DNA of 64,000 nt from NCBI GenBank assembly GCA_041666265.1, contig JBAYHH010000002.1, positions 9,096 through 73,095 of the forward strand, given 5' to 3'. The position numbers were made by a program, and so were the translations under genes. Source of the stretch: Candidatus Magasanikiibacteriota bacterium (GTDB lineage: Bacteria > Patescibacteriota > Patescibacteriia > Magasanikbacterales > GWA2-37-8). Every line of letters starts with the position of its first letter. Positions within the stretch are counted from its first letter, which is position 1. The notes beneath the pieces were generated by a model that saw only the letters and a program-made list of their open reading frames with translations, ran no database searches and was not told where the DNA came from. Below are positions 28,896-38,945 of the stretch, one piece after another.

Positions 28896-29540
28896 TTATT
28901 TCTCAATTCGCACGCGCGCAAAAATCCAAATAATATCCCAAATCATTTTCACCCGCCGATATAATCCGCGCCATAATCCGTATTTTTTTTCTTTGATCGC
29001 ATGAGAAAATCCCGGCCACGATATCGCGCCGATTTTTTTGCCGGCGCGTTTAGCGGAATAATTCAAAGCGATTTCAATTTGAAATTTTACTTTAAATTTC
29101 TCGGGGACAAGATTCCATGTTTCTTTCGAAAGAGCGCGATTGCCGCTGATGATCGGCAGATGCGGTGTCAGCCAATTTATCCCCCAGATTGATCGGCCAA
29201 AGATGACCGCGAACATATCATATCGACCATCCACTACCGGCGCAATAATATTATTTAAAATTTCAATCGAAAAATTTTTTAAATCCGCGTCCAAAAAACA
29301 AATATAATCGTTTTTGGCAGCTTTGACCCCAGCATCCATGGCCTGCGCTTTGCCGCGATTGGGTGAGAGTGTGATGACGCGAGCGCCGGCACCGGTCGCG
29401 ATTGTGCCAGTCTCATCAGATGAGCCGTCATCGACAACGATAATCTCGTCGACATAATCGCATTTTTTTGCAACCTCAATAACTCCCTTGATGGTCCGGG
29501 CTTCGTTAAACGCGGGAATAATTACTGAAAAATTTCTCAT
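28896..29540 (-). CDS. Family 2 glycosyltransferase (dolichyl-phosphate/polyprenyl-phosphate sugar transferase-like)
   Basis: MRNFSVIIPAFNEARTIKGVIEVAKK...IIVVDDGSSDETG...AGVKAAKNDYICFLDADL. The track ORF begins 4 codons earlier, at 29552. Confidence 0.9.
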   Translation of the reverse strand: MRNFSVIIPAFNEARTIKGVIEVAKKCDYVDEIIVVDDGSSDETGTIATGAGARVITLSPNRGKAQAMDAGVKAAKNDYICFLDADLKNFSIEILNNIIAPVVDGRYDMFAVIFGRSIWGINWLTPHLPIISGNRALSKETWNLVPEKFKVKFQIEIALNYSAKRAGKKIGAISWPGFSHAIKEKKYGLWRGLYRRVKMIWDIIWIFARVRIEK

Positions 29541-29551
29541 ATTAGATAGCA

Positions 29552-29715
29552 TTGAGACATATTTGATTCTGAGCGGGTTATATTAAGATATATTCTCATT
29601 CGTTCGATAATCATTAAAATAATTAATGATTATACTCACTCATTTCGAATATGCGCCCGCAGGCGCATCCTTTCGCGCTCGCGCGCGAAAAAAGCGAAAA
29701 ACAAATATGTCTCAA
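29552..29715. repeat. Family-B element (core TGAGCGGGTTAT...GCGCATCCTTTCGCGCTCGCGCGCGAAAAAAGCGAA with an internal AT-rich palindrome, bounded by the inverted repeat TTGAGACATATTTG/CAAATATGTCTCAA), intergenic
   Basis: Compared directly with the copies at 11393 and 16356. Confidence 0.75.
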
Positions 29716-29717
29716 TA

Positions 29718-30584
29718 CTATTTTTGGCATTTGAGACAAAAATGCGTCCCCCGCCCGGCATGGCGCGTCTTTTTTATGATTGATTTGCATCGGCGACATT
29801 TCTCGCCATCGCGCTCATATACATTGAGAAAATTATAATGCCCGCCTTTTTCCCCTTGAGCGTCGACAAAATCATCAAATGAAGTACCGCGATTTTTTAA
29901 GGCTACTTTCAACACCTCGGTGATACTGCTAAATAGTCTCTTTAATTCACCCGCAGTCAAACTTCCCGCCTTTCGCCACGGCAATAGTCCGGCGCAATAA
30001 CAAGCTTCGTCAGCATAAATATTGCCAATACCGGCGATCAATTTTTGATTCATCAGCAACGCCTTGAGATTGGTTTTTCGCCTCGCGAACAAAGCTGAAA
30101 AATTTTTGAATTTAAAATTTTCAGTCAATGGCTCGATGCCGAAATTTTCATTAAAAATTTTTTCTTTTTCATCGGCGCTCGCCAGTTTCAAATACCCGAA
30201 TCGGCGCATGTCATTGAAAAATAATTGTGATTTATCGACAAATGAAAATATAACCCGAGTAAAATTATTGGGCACTTGCAAATCACTGGGGGATATTTTA
30301 TGTCCGCCGGCCACAATCTTTTCTTTACTCCTTGTTCTTTTTTCCTTATATATGAGCTGACCGGTCATCTTGAGATGCGCGAGCAAATATTGGCCATCGG
30401 ACAATAAAAATGCCAGAAGCTTTCCCCGCCTTTCAATCTTAATAAATTTTTTTCCAACCAAAATTTTGGCCAAATTTTTATCAGCCACTTTATGGTCGCG
30501 CGCGTCAAGCGCGATAATTTTTTTATCAACTACGCGCGTCGAAAGGTCGCGCCTGATAGTTTCCACTTCCGGTAATTCAGGCAT
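29718..30584 (-). CDS. mutM: Formamidopyrimidine-DNA glycosylase (Fpg/MutM)
   Basis: N-terminal MPELPEVETIRRDL; C-terminal zinc finger CRRCKSIIKKTRHAGRGTHFCLKCQK. Confidence 0.9.
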   Translation of the reverse strand: MPELPEVETIRRDLSTRVVDKKIIALDARDHKVADKNLAKILVGKKFIKIERRGKLLAFLLSDGQYLLAHLKMTGQLIYKEKRTRSKEKIVAGGHKISPSDLQVPNNFTRVIFSFVDKSQLFFNDMRRFGYLKLASADEKEKIFNENFGIEPLTENFKFKNFSALFARRKTNLKALLMNQKLIAGIGNIYADEACYCAGLLPWRKAGSLTAGELKRLFSSITEVLKVALKNRGTSFDDFVDAQGEKGGHYNFLNVYERDGEKCRRCKSIIKKTRHAGRGTHFCLKCQK

Positions 30585-30614
30585 ACTTATCTTGGTGTGC
30601 TATTTTGTGGTGAA

Positions 30615-30677
30615 GTATTGTGCCACGCTCCTTGTGCTTCGCAGTGTCGCTTTGGCACAATACTTCACCACAAAATG
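30615..30677. repeat. Perfect 22-bp inverted repeat (TTGTGGTGAAGTATTGTGCCA ... TGGCACAATACTTCACCACAA) forming a long hairpin between fpg and uvrC; possibly a terminator for uvrC or a palindromic element
   Basis: The palindrome is visible directly. No T-run follows it. Confidence 0.5.
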
Positions 30678-30678
30678 A

Positions 30679-31941
30679 TTATCTAAGCTTCCTTTTAGAC
30701 CGATTAAATTTAATCGCGAAACGATGCGCTTCGTCGCGTACCTGAATTAATAATTTAACATTGGCATAAGCCCATTTTTGGATTTTCAGATCGCGATCGC
30801 TAAAAATAATCTCATTGTTTTTTCGTGTTGGTCCTTTGGCAATGCCAATCACCGGGGTCGTTATTTTTGCGAAAGATAAAATCGATTTAACTTTATGCAC
30901 TTGAGGCACACCGCCATCAATCAAAATTATATTCGGCATGGGCCATTCGTCATGGCGAATACGACGAGAAATAACTTCGGCTAAGCAATCGACATCGCTT
31001 TGCCCCACTACAGTTTTGATATTAAATTTCCGATACTCTGATTTTATCGGCCCACTCTCGTCAAACACTACCATGCTCCCCACTTTATCCGTATCGCCCA
31101 AATTGGAAATATCGTAGCCTTCGATGCGGATATGCCCCGTATTTCGACCGAAAAAGTGGAGATCTCTCGCTTCGTTCGGGATGACAGCGTTGGTAAACCC
31201 ACTGTTTAATAGTGCGACATCTTGAATATGACGAAGCGCTTCGATCTGATCGCGCAACCGGCCCGCCTCTTCGAAATCTCCATACTTGGACGCGAGCTTC
31301 ATGCGATTGTTTAATTGATTCAGAAGCGACCGCTTTTTCCCGGACAAAAATAGCACCAACGGTCTAATCACTTTTTGACGATAATCAAGCGCGCTAATCT
31401 CTCCACTGCACACCCCGAGACACTGTCCAATCTGACGATATAGACATGGCCTGCCTTGCTGTGGCTGACAAAATGACACCGAAAATAATTTGCGCAGTAT
31501 TTTTTCAAATTCACGCATTTTTAAATGTGGATAAGGACCAAACAATATATTTGATTTTTGATATTTTATATTTGATTTGATTTCATGCTCACGCACAAAT
31601 TTCACCTGCGGATATTTGTCTTTCGAGATCGCGATGTAATTCCAGCTTTTATCGTCTTTCCAATCAATATTATATTTCGGGCGAAATTTTTTGATTAAAT
31701 TTCCTTCGAGAATTATCGCTTCCAAGGCCGAGTCGGTGGATTGTGTTTTTAAATTTACCACCTCATGAATCATTGCTTCGATCGGACGCACAGTGCGCGG
31801 ACCGGTGAAATAACTGCGCACCCGATCACGCAAACTGGTGGCCTTACCGACATAAATTAATTCACGCTCGGAATTGAAAAACAGATACACACCGGGAGTA
31901 TCTGGTAATTTCTTTAACTTTTTTTCGATAACGCTCTTCAT
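30679..31941 (-). CDS. uvrC: Excinuclease ABC subunit C, compact form (GIY-YIG, UvrBC-interaction and RNase-H-like endonuclease domains; lacks the C-terminal (HhH)2 domain), with in-frame family-C and family-A repeat segments
   Basis: GVYLFFNSERELIYVGKATSLRDRVRSYF (GIY-YIG); ...KYGDFEEAGRLRDQIEALRHI (UvrBC); RIEGYDISN...; only 420 aa. KSNIKYQKSNIL is encoded by the AT-rich tandem repeat. Confidence 0.85.
   Translation of the reverse strand: MKSVIEKKLKKLPDTPGVYLFFNSERELIYVGKATSLRDRVRSYFTGPRTVRPIEAMIHEVVNLKTQSTDSALEAIILEGNLIKKFRPKYNIDWKDDKSWNYIAISKDKYPQVKFVREHEIKSNIKYQKSNILFGPYPHLKMREFEKILRKLFSVSFCQPQQGRPCLYRQIGQCLGVCSGEISALDYRQKVIRPLVLFLSGKKRSLLNQLNNRMKLASKYGDFEEAGRLRDQIEALRHIQDVALLNSGFTNAVIPNEARDLHFFGRNTGHIRIEGYDISNLGDTDKVGSMVVFDESGPIKSEYRKFNIKTVVGQSDVDCLAEVISRRIRHDEWPMPNIILIDGGVPQVHKVKSILSFAKITTPVIGIAKGPTRKNNEIIFSDRDLKIQKWAYANVKLLIQVRDEAHRFAIKFNRSKRKLR
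31161..31186. repeat. Family-A partial repeat, in-frame in uvrC
   Basis: GATCTCTCGCTTCGTTCGGGATGACA. Confidence 0.6.
31546..31587. repeat. Family-C AT-rich tandem repeat, in-frame in uvrC (encodes KSNIKYQKSNIL)
   Basis: Coding strand: AAATCAAATCAAATATAAAATATCAAAAATCAAATATATTG. Confidence 0.7.
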
Positions 31942-32573
31942 ACGATTTTTAAATCGCCCTGGCGCAATATTCGCGTTTGTCCGGTGACCACACTAATGAT
32001 TGTGCTGGCCGGTCTAATCGGCAAAACACCGGCGTCAACGACGGCATCGGGAGAAATATCTTGTCCGGAAAATTGTTTGGAAATCTCGTCCGGATTATAA
32101 AGCGCCTGCGCTCCGGCAATATTGGCCGAAGTAGAAATAACCGGACGACCCAAGCGCCGACAAATATCCTGAAGAATAGCATGATGAGTGACGCGCACGG
32201 CTAAAGTATTTTCGGTCGAAAGCGCGGACGGCGCCAATCTCTTTATCAAAAATTTTTTCTGATAATTTCCCACTATCGTCAGCGGCAATCGAGCATCCTG
32301 ATCCCAATATTTTCCGGCTAATTTTTTTAACGGCGCGCTCCACGATAAATACTTTTTGGCCATCGAAATACTGTCCACCAAAACCAACACCGGCTTGCCG
32401 CTGGCTCGCCCTTTAATTTTAAAAATTTTATCCACCGCCGTTTGATTGGTGGCATCACAAGAAAATCCATAGCTGGTTTCAGACGGCAAAACCAAAACCT
32501 TGCCTTCGATTAAAGCATTGATGATTTCTTTGATTTGTTCTGCTTTGTAAATCATCATAATCATAGACATCAT
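31938..32573 (-). CDS. tsaC: L-threonylcarbamoyladenylate synthase, YrdC/TsaC family
   Basis: ...LVLPSETSYGFSCDATNQTAVDKIFKIKGRASGKPVLVLV... gives the YrdC domain. Confidence 0.85.
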   Translation of the reverse strand: MMSMIMMIYKAEQIKEIINALIEGKVLVLPSETSYGFSCDATNQTAVDKIFKIKGRASGKPVLVLVDSISMAKKYLSWSAPLKKLAGKYWDQDARLPLTIVGNYQKKFLIKRLAPSALSTENTLAVRVTHHAILQDICRRLGRPVISTSANIAGAQALYNPDEISKQFSGQDISPDAVVDAGVLPIRPASTIISVVTGQTRILRQGDLKIV

Positions 32574-32625
32574 TGAAATTTGTGATTTGAAATTTACTTG
32601 GAATTTGTAATTTAAGATTTGTGAT

Positions 32626-33720
32626 TTAAGTTTTGATCCATTTTAAATATGATTCACAAAGCGGTAAGAGTTCGCCTTCGAGCACGCCCTCGGGATCGCT
32701 GGACTCATACTCGGTGCGATGATCCTTGACCATATGATATGGATGCAAAACATAACTCCTGATCTGGTTGCCCCACTCGGCCGATTTGTATTCCCCGCGT
32801 AGTTCATTGCGTTCTTTGGCAATTTTTTCTTCTTCCAATTTGAGCAGTTTCGCTTTCAAAACCTTCATGGCGGTTTCTTTGTTTTGCTGTTGTGATCGTT
32901 CGTTTTGGCACGATACCGTAATATTGGTCGGAAGGTGAACAATACGCACGGCGCTATAGGTGGTATTCACGCTTTGGCCGCCTTTACCGCCGGACATGAA
33001 AGTATCAATGCGCAGATCCTTGAGATCGATCTCAAATTCCACGCGCTCATCGAGCTCGGGCAAAACCTCAATCAGCGCAAACGAGGTGTGGCGCATTTTT
33101 TCGGCGTCAAATGGAGAAATCCTGACCAAACGATGAGTGCCGCTTTCGGATTTGAGATAGCCATACACATTGCGACCGCTGATTTTAAACATGATGGATT
33201 TATAACCCGCTTCTTGTCCGCGCGACTCGTCAAGAATATCCGTTTTCCAGCTTGCCCCGCCTTGGCGGTGGCGCATCTTTTCGCTGAATCGAAACAACAT
33301 CCGCGTGAGCATCTCGGCCCAATCCTGCGCCTCGGTACCGCCACTGCCGGCATGAATCGCCACGATGGCATTGTTGTTGTCGTATGGCCCATCAAGCAAA
33401 AGAGACAATTCGTAACTTTCAAATTCTTTGGCGAGTTCAACAGATTGTTTTTCGATCTCGGTCGCGAGCGACTCATCGCCTGATGACGCGAGTTCGATCA
33501 GATCATCGACACGCCGGGAAATATTTTCCCATTTGTCCACTTCATTTTTGATATCACTAAAATCCTGCGACACCGTCTGCGCAGTTTTTTGATCGATCCA
33601 AAAATCCGGCGCTGACATCTCGGCTTCGAGTTGCGCCAGTTTGTTTTTTAAGTCGGCGATTTTTAACAACTGCATCGCCGCGATGATTTTGGCTCGCAAT
33701 TCAAATAACATATCCGGCAT
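32626..33720 (-). CDS. prfB: Peptide chain release factor 2 (single contiguous ORF, no programmed frameshift)
   Basis: The SPF motif (VRISPFDAEK) and GGQ ([22 protein letters not shown]) are present. Confidence 0.9.
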   Translation of the reverse strand: MPDMLFELRAKIIAAMQLLKIADLKNKLAQLEAEMSAPDFWIDQKTAQTVSQDFSDIKNEVDKWENISRRVDDLIELASSGDESLATEIEKQSVELAKEFESYELSLLLDGPYDNNNAIVAIHAGSGGTEAQDWAEMLTRMLFRFSEKMRHRQGGASWKTDILDESRGQEAGYKSIMFKISGRNVYGYLKSESGTHRLVRISPFDAEKMRHTSFALIEVLPELDERVEFEIDLKDLRIDTFMSGGKGGQSVNTTYSAVRIVHLPTNITVSCQNERSQQQNKETAMKVLKAKLLKLEEEKIAKERNELRGEYKSAEWGNQIRSYVLHPYHMVKDHRTEYESSDPEGVLEGELLPLCESYLKWIKT

Positions 33721-33723
33721 AAA

Positions 33724-34236
33724 TTAAAAAATCTTATCCGCTCCCACGGTTACGAGTAATGTAATCAGGCCGGAAATAATAATACCGCCAAAAACAAAAG
33801 GCCAAGATTTTTTGATGGGGATACCAAAAACAAACGCCGCCAATGCGCCGGTATAAGCGCCGGTGCCAGGCAAAGGCACGCCGATAAAAATCATCAATCC
33901 GATCAGTCCATATTTGGCAAAATCGCCCTCAAATTTTTTTTGCGCGCGCGCGAGCGCCCGGATCCATTTACCGGCAAAATAGCCGGATTTATTTTCAATC
34001 CAGCGATGAAACGGGCCGGCAAAGGCGAGGATTATCGTTGCCGGAATGGTATTGCCAACAATAGACCAGATCAAGGCTTCCCATCCGGGCAAATGATACC
34101 CCAATACCGCCACCGGCAACGCCAAACGCAACTCGCCCACCGGCGTCATCGCCATGAGCATTGTGGCAATCTCGGGTGGAAATTGAGAAAAAAAGTGCAA
34201 AATTGACCCCATCATAAATTTATTTTTAATGACCAA
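33724..34236 (-). CDS. Small integral membrane protein (COG2426 / putative small multidrug export family; PLPGTGAYTG motif)
   Basis: Four predicted TM helices; the conserved ...IGVPLPGTGAYTGALAAFVFGIP... segment is present. Confidence 0.5.
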   Translation of the reverse strand: MVIKNKFMMGSILHFFSQFPPEIATMLMAMTPVGELRLALPVAVLGYHLPGWEALIWSIVGNTIPATIILAFAGPFHRWIENKSGYFAGKWIRALARAQKKFEGDFAKYGLIGLMIFIGVPLPGTGAYTGALAAFVFGIPIKKSWPFVFGGIIISGLITLLVTVGADKIF

Positions 34237-34249
34237 ACATCACTCCAAA

Positions 34250-35443
34250 CTATAATTGGGTTGGAGAAATAAAATTACCTCGTTCGGAAATATTTTTGGA
34301 AATGATAAAGTATTTTTTTAAACCGATTGATTGCGCCAATTCGGATAAGCGCGCCTCATCGGCAGTAGTGCCGGTGGTTTTGATTTCCAACGCTATTTCT
34401 TTATTTAAAATCGCGTCAATCTCCGCGGTATTACGACGATTGTAAAATCCCAGTTCGCCATACTCCGCCAGTTGATTTACGACTGTATTCTCCAAAAGCT
34501 GCGCGTCGTTCACGCGGCCGATGGCATTTAAAATTCCATTGTCGGTAAAATAAACTTTTTTACCGCCGGCCACGGCGCGGTCAATGCTTTTGGAAAATTT
34601 GGGCAACAGACGAATCAAAAAGGTGCCTTGCAGAAATTCCAAATAATTATAAATTTTGGCGCGGTCGGCGCTTAATTCGGCCGCTAATTTGGTAATATCC
34701 AATCCCGAACCCACTCGCGGCAACAATAAAAGAATCAGATCGCGTAATTCGCGCACATCGCGATAATCAGACAGCACCTTCAAGTCCTTCTCAAAAAACG
34801 ACTTAAAAATATTTTTGAGAATCTCTTGTTTGGTCTCCGCGCCCGCAGTGCTAACCACTTCCGGAAACCCGCCAAATTTCAAATATTCATCGTATTCCGG
34901 CTCCAAACCCTTGGCAGAAATATAATCGGCCGGTCGCAAAATCTTATTCAGATCACGCGCCCGCGCTTCGTCCGCGCCCAATTGCCCGCGAAAATATAAA
35001 AACTCGCGAAACGATAGGGGCGGTAAAATATATAAAAATTTTCGCCCGCTTAAACTTTCCGGAAATAAATTCTTGAGATAATAATTGGACGAGCCGGTAA
35101 TAAAAAACTTGACGCCGTAATGATCAATCAAATATTTCACCACTTTGGTGACTTCCGGATAATTTTGCACTTCATCGATAAACACAAACAACCGTTCGCC
35201 ATCCGGCGTTCCGACCATTTGACGCAAGCGTTCATAAACATTGCGATAATCCGTTTCTTCAAACACTTTGGTGTCAATGGGGTTTTCAAAATCAAACCAC
35301 AATTTGGGCTTATTTTCCAAAGTTTCAGTAAAAACCTGCTTTAACAGCGTAGTTTTACCCACCTGACGCATGCCAGTGATAATTATGGCATTTTTATGCT
35401 CAATTTTGGCTAATATATCGTAAAAAAGCAATCGTTTCAGCAT
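34250..35443 (-). CDS. AAA+ ATPase (AAA_14 plus DUF4143 family)
   Basis: Walker A IIITGMRQVGKTTLLKQV; Walker B LFVFIDEVQ; the C-terminal DUF4143-like region is present. Confidence 0.85.
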   Translation of the reverse strand: MLKRLLFYDILAKIEHKNAIIITGMRQVGKTTLLKQVFTETLENKPKLWFDFENPIDTKVFEETDYRNVYERLRQMVGTPDGERLFVFIDEVQNYPEVTKVVKYLIDHYGVKFFITGSSNYYLKNLFPESLSGRKFLYILPPLSFREFLYFRGQLGADEARARDLNKILRPADYISAKGLEPEYDEYLKFGGFPEVVSTAGAETKQEILKNIFKSFFEKDLKVLSDYRDVRELRDLILLLLPRVGSGLDITKLAAELSADRAKIYNYLEFLQGTFLIRLLPKFSKSIDRAVAGGKKVYFTDNGILNAIGRVNDAQLLENTVVNQLAEYGELGFYNRRNTAEIDAILNKEIALEIKTTGTTADEARLSELAQSIGLKKYFIISKNISERGNFISPTQL

Positions 35444-35587
35444 ATTTGTAGAAAATTTTATACAAAATTACGCTTATTTGTAGGTATTTTAATACAGATT
35501 GGCATTGGTGTCAAACTGCTTATCCACAAGCACACAAAAAGAACGGGGTGAGCCCGTTCTTTTGTAATTACGAATAATTTGAGATAA

Positions 35588-35638
35588 AGATCCTTCGCTT
35601 CGCTCAGAGCCTGCCCTGAGCTTGTCGAAGGGATGACA
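35588..35638. repeat. Family-A partial repeat, intergenic (AGATCCTTCGCTTCGCTCAGAGCCTGCCCTGAGCTTGTCGAAGGGATGACA)
   Basis: Shares its arms with the other family-A copies. Confidence 0.7.
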
Positions 35639-35645
35639 TTTAAAA

Positions 35646-37316
<1,671 letters not shown>

Positions 37317-37434
37317 TCAATTTTTAATTTCTAAACAATTTCCAATTTCCTAATTTTTCAATTTCAAAATGTTCAAAATTATTAAATTGCGACATTGATA
37401 CATTGTTTTAAAATTGAAAATTAGAAATTGAAAA

Positions 37435-37749
37435 TTATTCAATCACCGCCACCACATCACTCTTGTCATCGTCTTTACCGACATACAAAATTTTGTATTC
37501 GACTTCATCTTGGCCACGACCGACTTTGATTTCCTCGCCTCCCCATTTTTTGTATAAAATTTTATCGCCGACTTTGAGACCAAGCGCCTTGACGGCATCG
37601 CCATTTCCCACGGCGACGATCTCGCCCTCGGCTTTCTTTTCTTTGCCGACGGTATCCGGCAAAACAATTCCGGACGCGGTTACTTCCTCCTCTTTTTTGG
37701 GCAACACGAGCACGCGGTCGCCGATCGGTTTGATAGACATAGTGAACAA
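37435..37749 (-). CDS. groS: Co-chaperonin GroES
   Basis: MSIKPIGDRVLVLPKKEEEVTASGIVLPDTVGKEKKAEGEIVAVG... Confidence 0.95.
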   Translation of the reverse strand: MFTMSIKPIGDRVLVLPKKEEEVTASGIVLPDTVGKEKKAEGEIVAVGNGDAVKALGLKVGDKILYKKWGGEEIKVGRGQDEVEYKILYVGKDDDKSDVVAVIE

Positions 37750-37863
37750 TTTTCAATTTTCAATTTTCAATTTCTAAACAATTATTGGATATCTGATTGT
37801 TTAAAAATTGCTAAATTGGAAATTGTTTAATAATTAGAAATTAGTGATTAAAAATTTCGCTTG

Positions 37864-37890
37864 TTATCACTCCCGACTATCGAGTGATAA
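37864..37890. promoter_or_regulatory. CIRCE-like HrcA operator upstream of groES-groEL (TTATCACTC-N9-GAGTGATAA; consensus TTAGCACTC-N9-GAGTGCTAA)
   Basis: A perfect 9-bp inverted repeat with the canonical 9-nt spacer lies about 115 nt upstream of groES. Confidence 0.75.
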
Positions 37891-37944
37891 CAGTATGACC
37901 ATTTTACCAAAGTCACATCGTCTGTCAAGGGCCACCCTTGACAA

Positions 37945-37953
37945 TTATCCACA
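37945..37953 (+). promoter_or_regulatory. Perfect DnaA box TTATCCACA
   Basis: Exact 9-mer. Confidence 0.5.
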
Positions 37954-38192
37954 ACTCGTTCTAACCATTGGTGTGGCTAAATAGAAATGGCTAAAATTAG
38001 CCGAAAATACAAAACCCGACTCCGAAAGCGAACTCTCTTAACCGTCCATATGGAGTTTCGGCTATGCCTGTCCGGTAAGCCAAAACAGATGGCGCGTTGA
38101 GAGCGTCCGCTCTCGATTCCGGGTCTTGGACAGTAATCATATCTCGTTTGCGACAAGCGGTCAACTTTGGCACCCCACCATCCGTCCACTGT

Positions 38193-38201
38193 TTATCCAC
38201 A
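38193..38201 (+). promoter_or_regulatory. Perfect DnaA box TTATCCACA (248 bp from the previous one, same orientation)
   Basis: Exact 9-mer. Confidence 0.5.
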
Positions 38202-38226
38202 CAAAAAGCCCGACCATCGGTCGGGC
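38196..38226 (-). terminator. Rho-independent terminator downstream of trmD (GCCCGACCGATGGTCGGGC plus TTTTTGTGTGG)
   Basis: A GC-rich hairpin followed by a T-run on the minus strand. Confidence 0.7.
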
Positions 38227-38235
38227 CCGCCATAT

Positions 38236-38874
38236 TCATGCAGCCTGGCTTTTTCGCCACTCGGCAATTTTTTTATGATCCCCCCGCAACAGCACCTCCG
38301 GCACCTTTTTCCCCAAAAAATTTTCCGGCCGCGTATATAGAGGAGCTTCGGCGGATAATTTACCGGTTTCGTCTTGCAAAGACTCTTGATTGCCAAGCAC
38401 CCCCGGGATTAAACGACTCGCAGCTTCGACGATCGTCAGAGCCGGTAATTCACCGCCTGACAAAACAAAATCCCCCACCGAAACTTTCTCATCGGCCAAA
38501 TCATAAACGCGCTCATCAAATCCCTGGTAACGACCGCAAACCAAAACTAAACGATCGAGCCGAGAAAATTCCCGCGCCATGGTTTGATCAAATTTTTTCC
38601 CGGCCGGATCCAAAATAATTATTTTAGATTTTTTTGCGCCCGATTTGGCCTTAATTTTTTTCAGACAATCGTAAATCGGCTGAACCAAAAGCACCATCCC
38701 CGCTCCTCCCCCATAGGGTGTATCATCTACTTTACGATGTTTATCCTTGGAGTATTCGCGAAAATTGTACGCGTGAATTTTAATATGACCCGCTTGCTGG
38801 GCGCGCCACAAAATACTGTCGGAGCAATAATTGTAAATTATATCCGGAAAAAGCGTTAAAATATCGAAGCGCAT
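38236..38874 (-). CDS. trmD: tRNA (guanine37-N1)-methyltransferase TrmD
   Basis: MRFDILTLFPDII...DDTPYGGGAGMVLLVQPI... Confidence 0.95.
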   Translation of the reverse strand: MRFDILTLFPDIIYNYCSDSILWRAQQAGHIKIHAYNFREYSKDKHRKVDDTPYGGGAGMVLLVQPIYDCLKKIKAKSGAKKSKIIILDPAGKKFDQTMAREFSRLDRLVLVCGRYQGFDERVYDLADEKVSVGDFVLSGGELPALTIVEAASRLIPGVLGNQESLQDETGKLSAEAPLYTRPENFLGKKVPEVLLRGDHKKIAEWRKSQAA

Positions 38875-38885
38875 ATATTTATGAA

Positions 38886-38919
38886 TACAAAACCACCCGG
38901 CGATTATATCACAGGGTGG
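38886..38919 (-). terminator. Rho-independent terminator after the giant surface-protein gene (CCACCCTGTGATATAATCGCCGGGTGG plus TTTTGTATT); the loop contains TATAAT and could double as the -10 element for trmD
   Basis: A hairpin followed by a T-run on the minus strand. Confidence 0.6.
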
Positions 38920-38945
38920 TCGATTTGTCCATGTTCTCGTGAGAC

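Noticed and set aside
32626-33720. Possible programmed +1 frameshift in prfB
   Set aside because: The ORF is contiguous from Met through the GGQ motif (364 aa), so there is no frameshift site.
37790-38235. tmRNA, RNase P RNA or SRP RNA in the long groES-trmD spacer
   Set aside because: No tRNA-like 3' end, no GGAAAGUCCGG-type or GGAAGCAGCC-type conserved boxes were found by eye on either strand. A covariance search would be needed to settle it, so it is left as an open question in the findings.
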